Part shown: positions 1 to 9,979 of the stretch, piece by piece
Position numbering within the stretch: position 1 is the first letter of the stretch
Layout: every line of letters begins with the position of its first letter
Source: a virus
IMG/VR virus record: IMGVR_UViG_3300020204_000022
Location: 8,555-72,554 of that record
Length of the DNA: 64,000 bases
Strand: one strand, 5' to 3'
Position numbers and translations under genes: made by a program
The notes under the pieces: model-generated
The model's input: only the letters and a program-made list of their open reading frames with translations
What the model was told of the DNA's origin: nothing
The model's database searches: none

Positions 1-1
1 G

Positions 2-3000
2 GAAGCTGAAGGCTGGATCCCGGGATCATATGACGTTAACGTTTCAGACCCGCAAAAACTTTTTTACATTACTGACAAATTTGATCAATTTTATTCCTTA
101 AAAAGATTTGAAAATTACAATTCAAATACTTCAATTTGGGAAGATAACACACCACAAGCTGCTCAATTTGGGCCTTTCGAGAATCAAACTTTTGCCACCG
201 GTTCGACTTTTGGAGCTTCTTCCGGAAATTTGGTTATACCAAATCGAAGTGTGAATCTTTTGAACTTTACTGGACCAGGAGAAAAAATTGGGGGTTACAG
301 TGGAATCATCCCATCAACAATTGGGCATGCTAATTCTTTTGTCGAATTTTTAATCCCTTATGATGGACCAACGCAGGTGACTTTTATCATCCAATGGGCA
401 GGAGGGTCTAAAGGAAATTTGAGACAAAAATATGATTTAATACAATCAAATAAACTAGGAGGTACTATCTTGGGATGGAAAGCGGGTTCATCTTACAACT
501 CTGGAGATAATCATTATTTCAATTTAGCAGAAGGAACTACGCAACAAATTGCATCTTCTTTCTGTGAATGTGTTGAGAGTATTAGCTCGGTGGTTTGGGA
601 TTCTTCCCCTTCTCAGAATTTATCAATTATCCGCGTTAGAAAAGGGGGAAGCGATGGAAACACCCAATTCAAAATAGGCGTATTTTCGAATTACAATTAT
701 TTTGAATCAAAGTACCAGGGCGTTTGGTCAAACACAGAATCATATAATATCGACGACATCGTTCTTTTCGATGATATTTTCTTTGTGGCACAATCCATCA
801 TTCCGTCATCTCCAAATGGGTCGAATCCAAATCCTTTAAATAATACAGATTGGGATTTATTTCAAACTTTCACTCCTTCTGGAATTTTAAAGATCTATGG
901 TATAGATGCTTCTGAGTTAAATGGACTTTTGAATTTTCGCGGTGGATCAAATTATTTGAAATCTCGTGTTATTTTTTCCATACAGGAAGAAAATAAAATC
1001 GTTCCTGGGACTTGGATTGAGGTTGAAAGCGGAAGGGGTGTCACTGGGTCTGTTTCTAGAATAAAAGAAGTAACTAGATTTGTGGATGATCCTATTTTTT
1101 CTGGAAATTCTCAAATAACCCCGAAAATAACGGGTTTCAGGGGATTCAATGAATTTCTTATTGCTAATTTAGAAGATGAAAATGCGATCATAGATTTAGG
1201 AACAGACGGGAATTTCAATCTTTTTGAAATTGTGAGTTTGGAAACTGGGGTTTTCTCTTTCTTTGATTTGAAAGACTTTGATTTCGATTTCTTTTCTTCT
1301 AACTACGGAATAACACCTACTCCAGAATTTCATAGATATTTTCAATTGGTTCCAAATCAATCGGGTCAAATTAAGCCAAATGTTAAATATCTAGTTCGTC
1401 AAGGACAAATTTCTTATGATTCTTCTACCTATATTGAGGGACAATCTTTTATTGGATCTTCTTCTTCAGATTTATTTGCCGATTCTGGATATTCGACATT
1501 AGGAATTTACGCCGTAGTTCTACCTGCTATTTTCAGTCAGGTTGGCTGGGTGGATCAAAATTACCCTTACACAATGTCGCAAATTGCGGCTGAACAAAAT
1601 TTGAATTCTTTTATCGGATTTTACGGAATTCAGTCCATAATAGATCCAAACCCTGCACCAAATTCTTTGAACAAACAGGAAGTTTTCAATTATGGAAAAT
1701 TAACAACGGAGTATCAATATCTTCAGGAGAATTTTACAGTTTCTAGATCTAACGTGTCCAGAATTGTTCCTTTCATAAATAAGTGGGGATATCTCGGGGG
1801 AACGGACGTTAGAGGAAACATATATCGTTTGAATTCTTCTCCCGCGTTTTCGCCAACTAATTTTTCTCCAAGTTTCCAAAAGGATAAGCCAAATCCTTCT
1901 TATTTTACCCACGAGTGGTTTATTTTAGAAGGAGTTCCCATGGAATTTCCTTTGTATGGTATTTCCGAGCAAAAAAACTATCTACCCGGTAAAATTGATT
2001 TGGGCCAGGTCAGAAATGCCAACCCTAGTGCTTCTTTGTATACAACATCCTTTTTAACTGTTGAACCTACAGATTATCCGTCCCCATATGTAGATCCTAA
2101 AAACACAACAAAAGAATTTTTTACCCCTTTCTTTTACAACCCTGCAACTGGATTTTATGATTCAGTTTTCAGAGGAGTTAAAATTTCTTTGAAAAGAAGA
2201 AGTAGTAACCCAAACCCAGCCTCAGATTTGGACAAATACATTTTGAATTATAGGGGGTTTGAAGGATATAATTTTTCCTCAATTTTAAGGGTTATTCAGG
2301 AGGACTCTACCACAATCCAATCCCCGGTAACATATGAAATCATAGAAAACACCCAACAAAAATTCGTTCTTTTTGTAACCACCGTGGTAATGAAAGATTA
2401 TAGAGCTTTGCCCCTGGTAAATACCGGGGGAACTGGTGATCCTTATTTGGATTATCTTTTAATGTACAGTTTGGTGGATAAAAAGCAGAATTCGGGGATA
2501 GGATTGACCGGAGATCCTGGTCCTACTGGTTCCTTGCTTTACAAAATATCGGACACCAAATTGTCTTCGGCTTTAGATTTATCGATAACATCTTTATCTT
2601 CAGTAACAACTTTGAACAACAACAATAATGTTTACATCATATCCAATCCAAACTATGATACCGATTTGAGAGAAGAAATTAATCTTTTTTATCCAATAGG
2701 ATCTACTGGAAGTGTAGGAGGAACTGGAGCAGGTAGTTTTGTTGTTCCTAGCCAAAGTTATCTTTACCCTTGGCCGATTGGAAGATCACAAAATCTGGTT
2801 AATTTTCAGGCCATCGATTCTCCAGATTATGTATTCCAAATTCCATTTTCGATTTCTAACCCAGTTACAATACCTGTTGGCCCGAGATCGGCATATGCCG
2901 GATATCCAGTTTTTCAGGTAGAGGGGGGAGGAAATTACTTCGATTTTATCATGAAGAGAATTTCCCTATCTCAAATTTTCGAAAGAGTAAACGTGGAGAG

Positions 3001-4273
3001 CCCTTACATCAAATACACGACTTACTCCTGGGATACTGCCACCAATTCAGAGATCGTTACTCAAAATGAGTTTCAAATTTCTTTGGTACAGCCAACAGCA
3101 ATATTTAAATCTGAGGGGGTTTATCCAGAAAAAAGCTACGACGGTCCCCAAACTTTGAGTAGAAATAAACCTACCGGGTTTGAAATCGTAGAAGGAGGAT
3201 CTCAATATGCATCCGATATTCTAAGATATAATGGGCCATATGAACCTCTCTTCAAAAAGATTTTCAAATTCAAGGGGGATAAAAACGACACATTAGCCAG
3301 AAATACTTATGTTGATCTGAGTTTTAGAAACTGTACTTTCGCTCCTGAACAATCTAATTTTGGAAAAATAATAAATTTGGGATTTTCGAAGGTTTCTTTG
3401 GGGCAAAATATTTTAGAAGCATCCCAAAATTTACCCCAGGGACCAAGATATCCGCTGGTTGGTCAGACGCCAATTTCTTACAAAGATTTTTCTGTTTTTT
3501 TATCCTCATGGGATCCTGGTTATTATAATGTTTTTTCTAACGCAAGAAATCAAAACCCTGTGGCTGGTACCAGATCAATGTTGGAATTAAAATCTTTTTT
3601 GGGATCAAAAATGATGCAAACCCCATATACAATAACAATTTACACATTTATTACATTAGAAATTTCTAGAGAAACCGGAACTACAATAGTTCCTAATATC
3701 AACGAGGCTGCTAACACGGCAGTACCTTTGATCCAAAATATAAACCCCGAAACTTCTAATACGGGTATTGGACAGCTTGGAACTTATTTAAGTACAGTTG
3801 ATTTACCCGTGTTAAACCAAAACATTTTTCCACAAGTTGAAGTTTTCTGGCAGAAAAATCCAGTTACTAACACAGTAAGCGGAATAATCAGATTGGATAG
3901 AATCTTGAGGAGATATCTTCTTAACTCTGGAATTTCCACCGTCTTTGTAAATAATATGGTTTCTGATTTTGGAGTCGGTAATCCTAACAACATAAATGAT
4001 GACATAGACACTTACATCGAAAATAACATTACCCCCATTTATGAGGGAATTTCTTTCAATCTTTTTGTAAAAAAAACCGGACAAAATTTGACATCTACCG
4101 AAATTCTGGTTAGAGGGGATTTAATTAATCCAGATAGAGTAAGGTACGCTTATTATGCCCAGACAAATTTTCAACTGACTAAACAAACGGATTTGATTTA
4201 CTCCTTCGAATACGATTTGTCTAACTCTCAAAATTATTCCATGACTTTTTCATTTAGGATACAAAAAATTTGA
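2..4273 (+). CDS. Large virion-associated protein of unknown function, 5'-truncated by the window edge
   Basis: The frame of the tracked ORF (230..4273, TTG start) is already open from nt 2 (EAEGWIPGSYDVNVSDPQKLFYITDKF...) with no stop, so the gene begins upstream of the window. N/S/T/G/P-rich, no catalytic motif. It heads a block of fibre-like genes. Confidence 0.6.
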   Translation, partial: EAEGWIPGSYDVNVSDPQKLFYITDKFDQFYSLKRFENYNSNTSIWEDNTPQAAQFGPFENQTFATGSTFGASSGNLVIPNRSVNLLNFTGPGEKIGGYSGIIPSTIGHANSFVEFLIPYDGPTQVTFIIQWAGGSKGNLRQKYDLIQSNKLGGTILGWKAGSSYNSGDNHYFNLAEGTTQQIASSFCECVESISSVVWDSSPSQNLSIIRVRKGGSDGNTQFKIGVFSNYNYFESKYQGVWSNTESYNIDDIVLFDDIFFVAQSIIPSSPNGSNPNPLNNTDWDLFQTFTPSGILKIYGIDASELNGLLNFRGGSNYLKSRVIFSIQEENKIVPGTWIEVESGRGVTGSVSRIKEVTRFVDDPIFSGNSQITPKITGFRGFNEFLIANLEDENAIIDLGTDGNFNLFEIVSLETGVFSFFDLKDFDFDFFSSNYGITPTPEFHRYFQLVPNQSGQIKPNVKYLVRQGQISYDSSTYIEGQSFIGSSSSDLFADSGYSTLGIYAVVLPAIFSQVGWVDQNYPYTMSQIAAEQNLNSFIGFYGIQSIIDPNPAPNSLNKQEVFNYGKLTTEYQYLQENFTVSRSNVSRIVPFINKWGYLGGTDVRGNIYRLNSSPAFSPTNFSPSFQKDKPNPSYFTHEWFILEGVPMEFPLYGISEQKNYLPGKIDLGQVRNANPSASLYTTSFLTVEPTDYPSPYVDPKNTTKEFFTPFFYNPATGFYDSVFRGVKISLKRRSSNPNPASDLDKYILNYRGFEGYNFSSILRVIQEDSTTIQSPVTYEIIENTQQKFVLFVTTVVMKDYRALPLVNTGGTGDPYLDYLLMYSLVDKKQNSGIGLTGDPGPTGSLLYKISDTKLSSALDLSITSLSSVTTLNNNNNVYIISNPNYDTDLREEINLFYPIGSTGSVGGTGAGSFVVPSQSYLYPWPIGRSQNLVNFQAIDSPDYVFQIPFSISNPVTIPVGPRSAYAGYPVFQVEGGGNYFDFIMKRISLSQIFERVNVESPYIKYTTYSWDTATNSEIVTQNEFQISLVQPTAIFKSEGVYPEKSYDGPQTLSRNKPTGFEIVEGGSQYASDILRYNGPYEPLFKKIFKFKGDKNDTLARNTYVDLSFRNCTFAPEQSNFGKIINLGFSKVSLGQNILEASQNLPQGPRYPLVGQTPISYKDFSVFLSSWDPGYYNVFSNARNQNPVAGTRSMLELKSFLGSKMMQTPYTITIYTFITLEISRETGTTIVPNINEAANTAVPLIQNINPETSNTGIGQLGTYLSTVDLPVLNQNIFPQVEVFWQKNPVTNTVSGIIRLDRILRRYLLNSGISTVFVNNMVSDFGVGNPNNINDDIDTYIENNITPIYEGISFNLFVKKTGQNLTSTEILVRGDLINPDRVRYAYYAQTNFQLTKQTDLIYSFEYDLSNSQNYSMTFSFRIQKI

Positions 4274-4287
4274 GATTCTGAAATTTA

Positions 4288-4297
4288 GAATATATAC
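4288..4297 (+). promoter_or_regulatory. GATATATA-type conserved upstream motif (candidate late promoter)
   Basis: GAATATATAC, 17 nt before ATG 4315. Confidence 0.5.
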
Positions 4298-4314
4298 AAA
4301 AAGAACTCAAGAAC

Positions 4315-5778
4315 ATGCCTTCTCTAAATATTTTGACTTTAAATCAGGGGGATACCCAGGAAAATATAAGAAACAAAATAAATTCCAATTTTGATTCTTT
4401 AGTTGCCAATGGTGGTGGGCCTCAGGGATTGCAGGGAGCCCAAGGTAAGCAGGGGCCAGTAGGTCCAGTCGGTCCAAAAGGAGATCCTGGTCAACAGGGG
4501 GTTAGAGGAACAAAATGGTTTGTTCAGGAAAATGCTCCAACCGGAGGAACTGGAGATCCAATTTTAGTGGGTGATTATTGGTTGGATTCAACAAGCGGAG
4601 ATAATCTTATTTATGAATTTGGACCTTCTGGATGGTTTCAGGTTGGAGATACGTTGATAAATCAAGAAATTTTTTACACATTGACCGGGGTTTCTGGTCC
4701 GAATGGGTCTACTGCTCAGAATGCAATTCTCCTAAATTCCCCGATCCCGGAACTCCAAACCTTGGTAATTTCGGATGCAGTTCTTGACCCACCAACAGCA
4801 AATCCAACCTATTCCAAAGTTTTGATTGCTACTAATTCAACCACCAATGATGCTCCTCTTTTAGAATTTGCTAAAACAAACGCAAATGATATAGGTTTAC
4901 CTGCAGATTATACAAGGCATCCCCAATTTAGATGGATGACTGCATTAGCGAATGATTACAATTTACTTTTTACAGTTCCGCAGGATACTCTAACTTTATC
5001 TTCCAAATTTTTGAATTTACAAAGTTCTGGAGTTGTCAGCATTAGTTCCAATGATGATTTGTTGATTTCTTCATCCGCATCTACTCAACTGATTTCTTCC
5101 AATTCTGTTTCCATAAATTCTACAAATAACATAGATATAAATTCCCAAAATCTCAATGTGGATTCGACTGCCTCTACTATAAATTTGACAGGAAGATTTT
5201 CAATAGAATCTAACACATCTACGGATTTTGCAGCAATTATAACAAATCAAAATCCAAATGGGAATGGAATTTCTGTAACTGTTGGAAATTCAACCTCTTC
5301 ACAAACTGTCGCCGAATTTGGAGCAAACAATTTGTCTGTTTTCAAAGCAAGATCCGATGGTAAAGTGACTTTGTCTAAATTTGGAAATGCAGTTAGAGAA
5401 ATAACTTACAATTCAAATAGATTTTCTTTTCCTGAAAATTATTGGGAAATATCAAGTTCGACAATTCCAACTGGAAATACAATATATTTCAATCCTTCTG
5501 GGGCTTACTCTGCTAATCTTGGATTTCAATTTCAAGGAGGAACCGGAGACACGGGATCGTGGGTTGATTTTCTTGAAGAGAATGAATCAATAGAATTCAG
5601 ATTCATTTGTGTTCCTGGGATTCAATATCTGGTTCGAATAAATGGAAGTACCCCCGGAACAAAGGTGGATTTTACATCTTCTAACACAATCAAAAATTTT
5701 CAGGTTACAATTATAAGATTATCAGCTGTGACTAAAATGTATTACACCGCAAATGGAGTCTCTGGTGAAATCACTTAA
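4315..5778 (+). CDS. Collagen-like repeat fibre protein
   Basis: Uninterrupted G-X-Y run GPQGLQGAQGKQGPVGPVGPKGDPGQQGVRG near the N-terminus. It is followed by W..GDYWLDSTSG..IYEF, a motif shared with the next gene, and an S/T/N-rich beta-type remainder. GAATATATAC lies 17 nt upstream. Confidence 0.7.
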   Translation: MPSLNILTLNQGDTQENIRNKINSNFDSLVANGGGPQGLQGAQGKQGPVGPVGPKGDPGQQGVRGTKWFVQENAPTGGTGDPILVGDYWLDSTSGDNLIYEFGPSGWFQVGDTLINQEIFYTLTGVSGPNGSTAQNAILLNSPIPELQTLVISDAVLDPPTANPTYSKVLIATNSTTNDAPLLEFAKTNANDIGLPADYTRHPQFRWMTALANDYNLLFTVPQDTLTLSSKFLNLQSSGVVSISSNDDLLISSSASTQLISSNSVSINSTNNIDINSQNLNVDSTASTINLTGRFSIESNTSTDFAAIITNQNPNGNGISVTVGNSTSSQTVAEFGANNLSVFKARSDGKVTLSKFGNAVREITYNSNRFSFPENYWEISSSTIPTGNTIYFNPSGAYSANLGFQFQGGTGDTGSWVDFLEENESIEFRFICVPGIQYLVRINGSTPGTKVDFTSSNTIKNFQVTIIRLSAVTKMYYTANGVSGEIT

Positions 5779-5799
5779 GGAATTTATTTTTCAATAAAC

Positions 5800-7866
5800 A
5801 TGACATTCAACACTAAGTATATTTTACCTGGAGATGATGCACAAGAAATAATCTTCAAAACAAATTTTAACTTTGAACAAGTTTTTTTCTCGGGGGTTGG
5901 TTCAAATGGTCCGGTTGGTCTCATAGGACCCACAGGAATAATAGGGCAAGTTGGAAATGATGGAACTATTGGAGAATTGGGATTGTCCGCATCCAAATGG
6001 AATTTTTCCTTTTTACCACCAGTTACTGGGAATTCAAAGCCTGGAGATTACTGGGTTAATACTGGGCCAACATCTGGTTTTTCTATTTTCGAATTCCAAA
6101 ATTCTTCCCCATTCTGGGTGGATTCTGGATTTGATTTGTTACAAAATTCAGTTTGGAATTATGTTATAGGAGTTTCTGGTCCTGGTGGGATCGAAGATAA
6201 AACAGCTATTGGATTTGCAACAGGACCATCTGGGAATACTTTTGTTTTCTCCGATTATAATTTTAGCAATATTTCCTTACAACTCCAGAAACAGAGGGCC
6301 AATCCCACTGGTTCTAAATTTTTGATCGGAACAGATGGAACCAGACCTTTGTTGTCTTTTGGAAAAACATCTTCACTATCCAATTCTTTGCCCCAATTTT
6401 CTTGGGAAGACAATTCACCAACGAACTACAATTTGAAATTTGAATCCCCACAGAATCTACAAATTTCTTCAAAAGGATTAGGTTTGACAGCAGGAGCATC
6501 CGGTGGATCTGTTAGTTCGAATCGAATAACTCTAAGTACAGCAAACAACATTCAAATTACAAATGGGAGTCTTGAAATAAATTCACCATTATTTCAAATT
6601 AATTCGCCCAACTTGAAATGGGACGGTTCTAAATTTTCTGGTTTTTATAAAACGACAATCGGTGGAACTGGGTCAGGCTTTTCTTGTAATAATTCATCTG
6701 GACCTGGATTCAAAGTACAGATTGACGGAACTGGTGCTACTTCTGGAACTAAAATTGCTTCACTTATCTCTGAAGAAACTATCACTTGTTATGAGTTCTT
6801 ACTTGATAATACGGGTATAGGTTCCACAATATACGGATATACTGATTGTGATAATACACCACAAACCATTTTTGTTGGTGCTAATACTTACGTTGTAGTC
6901 TGTTCTATAACAACACCATATAGAATTTCAGGAGCTGCAGGTATTGCACCCGTACAATTGAATTCTTGCGGGTTGGCTTCTATCCCATTGAAAATATTTG
7001 AATCAAGAGGTGTTGGATTCAATGTGGCAGGCGGGGTAATGAAAGGACAAGGAACCTCAGGATCCGGATTCCAAGGTAAAGGTTTATGGGTAAATAAGGT
7101 TGGTTTTATAAGTAATGTACCATGGAACACAACTTTTTCTAACACTTATCCTCTTGGTAATCAATTACAAAACAACAACTACATGTTACTTGATTTGAAT
7201 TCCTCTTCCCCCGATACGATTTGTATAGATGGATCACCAAGTGTGGCTTATAATAGTTCTAATCGTAATACTTGGACTCCCATCGCGGATTCTAGAAGAA
7301 AAAGGGTATATCTACGTTTGACTGATTTTTCTGGAATTTGGGAACCTTCTTCTACCCGGACTTTTACGGTTTTACTTTTAAACGAAGATTTCAGTTTTGG
7401 TGGAATACAAACTGTATATGCTGGGGGAATATCTACTGTTCCAATTTGGGATTCGGGAGATCAGGCTAAAGCAGAAGGAGTCAAAGGATGTAGAAAATTA
7501 AGGCTGACTTTTATCAACGATAGTCAAATTTTTTGGGAGGCATTCAACCAAGTTTGTATTTGCTGGAATGTTTATAATCCAGGACCCGGTAACCTTAATT
7601 TTTCTTATGAAAATTGTTCAGGGGGTACAGGAGCAGTAAGTCTTCAAGCTTATCAAACTTCTTCAAATATTCTTTCTTATCAAAGATTAGGTGCAACTGG
7701 TGGCCAATTTTCACAAACTGGATTAAATGTTTGGAAAGGAGATTTCATTCCTCAAACTGGCTGTGTCTCTTCTGCAACAACATCTGGATTTATACCATAT
7801 AGACAAACACAACTGGTGGTAAGAAACAGCAACCCAGTTTTAGGAGGTGGCGGAATTGGTAGTTAA
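5800..7866 (+). CDS. Collagen-like repeat fibre protein with Cys-spaced modules
   Basis: G-X-Y run GSNGPVGLIGPTGIIGQVGNDGTIGELG, then W..GDYWVNTGP..IFEF, the same architecture as 4315..5778. Two Cys modules (ITCYEFLLDN..YTDCDN..VVC and VCICWNVYNPG..YENCSGG) resemble modules in 13106..18037. Confidence 0.65.
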   Translation: MTFNTKYILPGDDAQEIIFKTNFNFEQVFFSGVGSNGPVGLIGPTGIIGQVGNDGTIGELGLSASKWNFSFLPPVTGNSKPGDYWVNTGPTSGFSIFEFQNSSPFWVDSGFDLLQNSVWNYVIGVSGPGGIEDKTAIGFATGPSGNTFVFSDYNFSNISLQLQKQRANPTGSKFLIGTDGTRPLLSFGKTSSLSNSLPQFSWEDNSPTNYNLKFESPQNLQISSKGLGLTAGASGGSVSSNRITLSTANNIQITNGSLEINSPLFQINSPNLKWDGSKFSGFYKTTIGGTGSGFSCNNSSGPGFKVQIDGTGATSGTKIASLISEETITCYEFLLDNTGIGSTIYGYTDCDNTPQTIFVGANTYVVVCSITTPYRISGAAGIAPVQLNSCGLASIPLKIFESRGVGFNVAGGVMKGQGTSGSGFQGKGLWVNKVGFISNVPWNTTFSNTYPLGNQLQNNNYMLLDLNSSSPDTICIDGSPSVAYNSSNRNTWTPIADSRRKRVYLRLTDFSGIWEPSSTRTFTVLLLNEDFSFGGIQTVYAGGISTVPIWDSGDQAKAEGVKGCRKLRLTFINDSQIFWEAFNQVCICWNVYNPGPGNLNFSYENCSGGTGAVSLQAYQTSSNILSYQRLGATGGQFSQTGLNVWKGDFIPQTGCVSSATTSGFIPYRQTQLVVRNSNPVLGGGGIGS

Positions 7867-7875
7867 TTTTTTGTT

Positions 7876-8589
7876 GTGGAAAATTTTTTCTATGAAGAAG
7901 GAAAGGAATTCAGATATCAGATAGGGGAGGTAAGCACCACGCGGCCCTGGCCCATGCTAACTTACGCGTCCGTCAAAGAATTTTTATTGGATCCTGATTG
8001 TCAGCAAATTTTTTCTAAATATCAAAACGTCTATATTTACGGACATTTTCTGTGGAAAAATTTTCAGACGTGGGATCTTGATTTGGGTTTGGCCTGTGAT
8101 TTTGATATCGCGGATTGGTCACGAATTTCTTCAGATCTCCACAAGCTTTACAATCTGGCTCTAAATAGACACTGTCTTCTCGTGGATATCACTGTTTCAC
8201 ATCTCAATGTTGCCTGTCTTTTACCAACCAAATCCGATCTAGTTGAAAATAATCAAAACACCCCAGCTTCTGAATGGAAATTTCCCAGAATTAGTCCGCC
8301 CCTGCAGGGAAAATATTCCCATAAATATGTAAAAATAAGCAGAATGGAAAAAAAGATAGGAGACACGATTCAAGTTTTTGATTATAGGGATTCCCCACGA
8401 ACTGCACAAAAAACTTCCCTCTTATTTGGTGAGCATTTGGTTATGATCGATTTTTCTGAAGTTGATTTACATGATAAAATCATTAAAAGGATAGCAAATT
8501 CTGAAAAAAATCCTTTGATCAATTTTCTGACAGTTTCTGATTTTTTAAGTCAGACCGAACTAGAATTTATTCAGATCCAGAATTACTAA
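7876..8589 (+). CDS. Hypothetical protein
   Basis: GTG-initiated 237-codon ORF starting 9 nt after the previous stop. No domain recognised. Confidence 0.4.
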   Translation: MENFFYEEGKEFRYQIGEVSTTRPWPMLTYASVKEFLLDPDCQQIFSKYQNVYIYGHFLWKNFQTWDLDLGLACDFDIADWSRISSDLHKLYNLALNRHCLLVDITVSHLNVACLLPTKSDLVENNQNTPASEWKFPRISPPLQGKYSHKYVKISRMEKKIGDTIQVFDYRDSPRTAQKTSLLFGEHLVMIDFSEVDLHDKIIKRIANSEKNPLINFLTVSDFLSQTELEFIQIQNY

Positions 8590-8615
8590 TCCCGTAGTTC
8601 GTTTTTTTCTGGAGT

Positions 8616-8625
8616 GAATATATAC
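8616..8625 (+). promoter_or_regulatory. GATATATA-type conserved upstream motif
   Basis: GAATATATAC, 19 nt before ATG 8645. Confidence 0.5.
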
Positions 8626-8644
8626 ATAGGATTTAAATTTTTTT

Positions 8645-8902
8645 ATGCAAACCCCGCCTGTTACCCAAGATGAAATGATCTCGACAAAAGATCTAAAAAT
8701 AAAATTCTTTAGAGTGTTAGAAGACATGTCTATTGTGAATGGTAAAACCAAGAATCTTGAAACGGAGGCTGAATATCTCCTGACCAAACTTGAAAATTTA
8801 AGAAATTCAGAAAAAGATTTTACAAATTATAATCCCAGAAGTGGATTCATTAATTATTATTTGACGAAAGATTTAAACACTGTACCTGTCTTTATTTTAT
8901 GA
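8645..8902 (+). CDS. Small coiled-coil protein
   Basis: 85 codons with GAATATATAC 19 nt upstream. The helical heptad-like segment LETEAEYLLTKLENLRNSEKDF resembles one in the next ORF. Confidence 0.45.
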   Translation: MQTPPVTQDEMISTKDLKIKFFRVLEDMSIVNGKTKNLETEAEYLLTKLENLRNSEKDFTNYNPRSGFINYYLTKDLNTVPVFIL

Positions 8903-9150
8903 AAAACCAAATCATGTTAAACGAAAACGAAATCCAAGAAGCAAAAAAATTAATACAAGAATTTGGCCAAATCAAAGACCAAATCCATCTTGCGGAAGAA
9001 CAAATGTCAAGTTTAAACCAAAAAGCAGAATCGTTGATTAATCATCTGGAAGATCTTAGATCTCAAGAACAAAATTTTGTAGAGAGTCTTAAAAAAAAAT
9101 ATGGACCAGGAAAATTAAACCCACTCACCCTCAATTATGAAAAATATTGA
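8899..9150 (+). CDS. Small coiled-coil protein (paralog-like of 8645..8902)
   Basis: 4-nt ATGA-type overlap with the upstream ORF. SLNQKAESLINHLEDLRSQEQNF parallels TEAEYLLTKLENLRNSEKDF. Confidence 0.5.
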   Translation: MKNQIMLNENEIQEAKKLIQEFGQIKDQIHLAEEQMSSLNQKAESLINHLEDLRSQEQNFVESLKKKYGPGKLNPLTLNYEKY

Positions 9151-9970
9151 TTACAAATTGCGAATAATTGTTGGTTTATCCGCCACAATTTTGATTTTTA
9201 TTTTAGCATTAATTTGGAATCTAAAGGAATTAAAAGAATCCAAAGAAGAGGCAGATAGACACAAAAGAAATTACGCCGCTATTCAAGATTCTGTGGTGAT
9301 AATTTCCTCCGAAAATGAAACTTTGTTGGCACAAAGACTTTCTTTGGAATTTTACTATGAAGAGTTAAGATCGGAAAATTTGGATTTAATTCAAAAATTG
9401 GATGTTGAAAAAAGAAAAAAAACCAAAGTGGTCATCCAAACTGTTGTTGAATATCGGGATTCTTCAATCTACGTCCCGGTGATATCCAGGTTCAACCAAA
9501 AAACCCCCGAATTGTATTTTTCGTATAAACCTACTTTGAAGGGAAAAAATTATTTGTCCATAGAAGGAATTTTACCTTATTCTATTACATACGACACCTC
9601 GAAGATTTTGATGGATTCTCTTCGATTGGGCTGGAGAATAATTCCCAAAATTAACACAGAATCTGCACATCTGAAAATAAATCAAAAAATTGACCTCATA
9701 ACAGGATTGGTTAGAGATCCTAAATCTGGTAAACTTTATGTTAGAGCCTCTACTGATTTCCCGGGGATTTCTTTTGCGGAATTAAATTCGATTAATTTAT
9801 TAGACGACGGGGAATCCAAGAGGGCTTTGAGGAATTCAAGAAAACCTTTCGGGATAGGGTTTGGCCTTGGATTAGGTTTGACATCTGGACCTGGGGGTTT
9901 TGTAGGAATGGGTCCTAATGTTGTGATTGGGGTCACTTATTCCCCTAAATTTCTTCAATTCGGCAAATAA
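9137..9970 (+). CDS. Membrane-anchored protein with coiled coil and Gly-rich C-terminus
   Basis: N-terminal hydrophobic helix LRIIVGLSATILIFILALIW, then a charged coiled-coil segment. The C-terminus reads GIGFGLGLGLTSGPGGFVGMGPNVVIG. Overlaps the upstream ORF by 14 nt. Confidence 0.5.
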   Translation: MKNIDYKLRIIVGLSATILIFILALIWNLKELKESKEEADRHKRNYAAIQDSVVIISSENETLLAQRLSLEFYYEELRSENLDLIQKLDVEKRKKTKVVIQTVVEYRDSSIYVPVISRFNQKTPELYFSYKPTLKGKNYLSIEGILPYSITYDTSKILMDSLRLGWRIIPKINTESAHLKINQKIDLITGLVRDPKSGKLYVRASTDFPGISFAELNSINLLDDGESKRALRNSRKPFGIGFGLGLGLTSGPGGFVGMGPNVVIGVTYSPKFLQFGK

Positions 9971-9979
9971 AATTACAAA

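Noticed and set aside
7876-8589. A possible nucleotidyltransferase signature (YGHFLWKNFQTWDLDL) in the 237-aa ORF.
   Set aside because: It is a single loose motif, with His instead of Ser/Gly after the Gly and no supporting third acidic motif. This is too weak to call.
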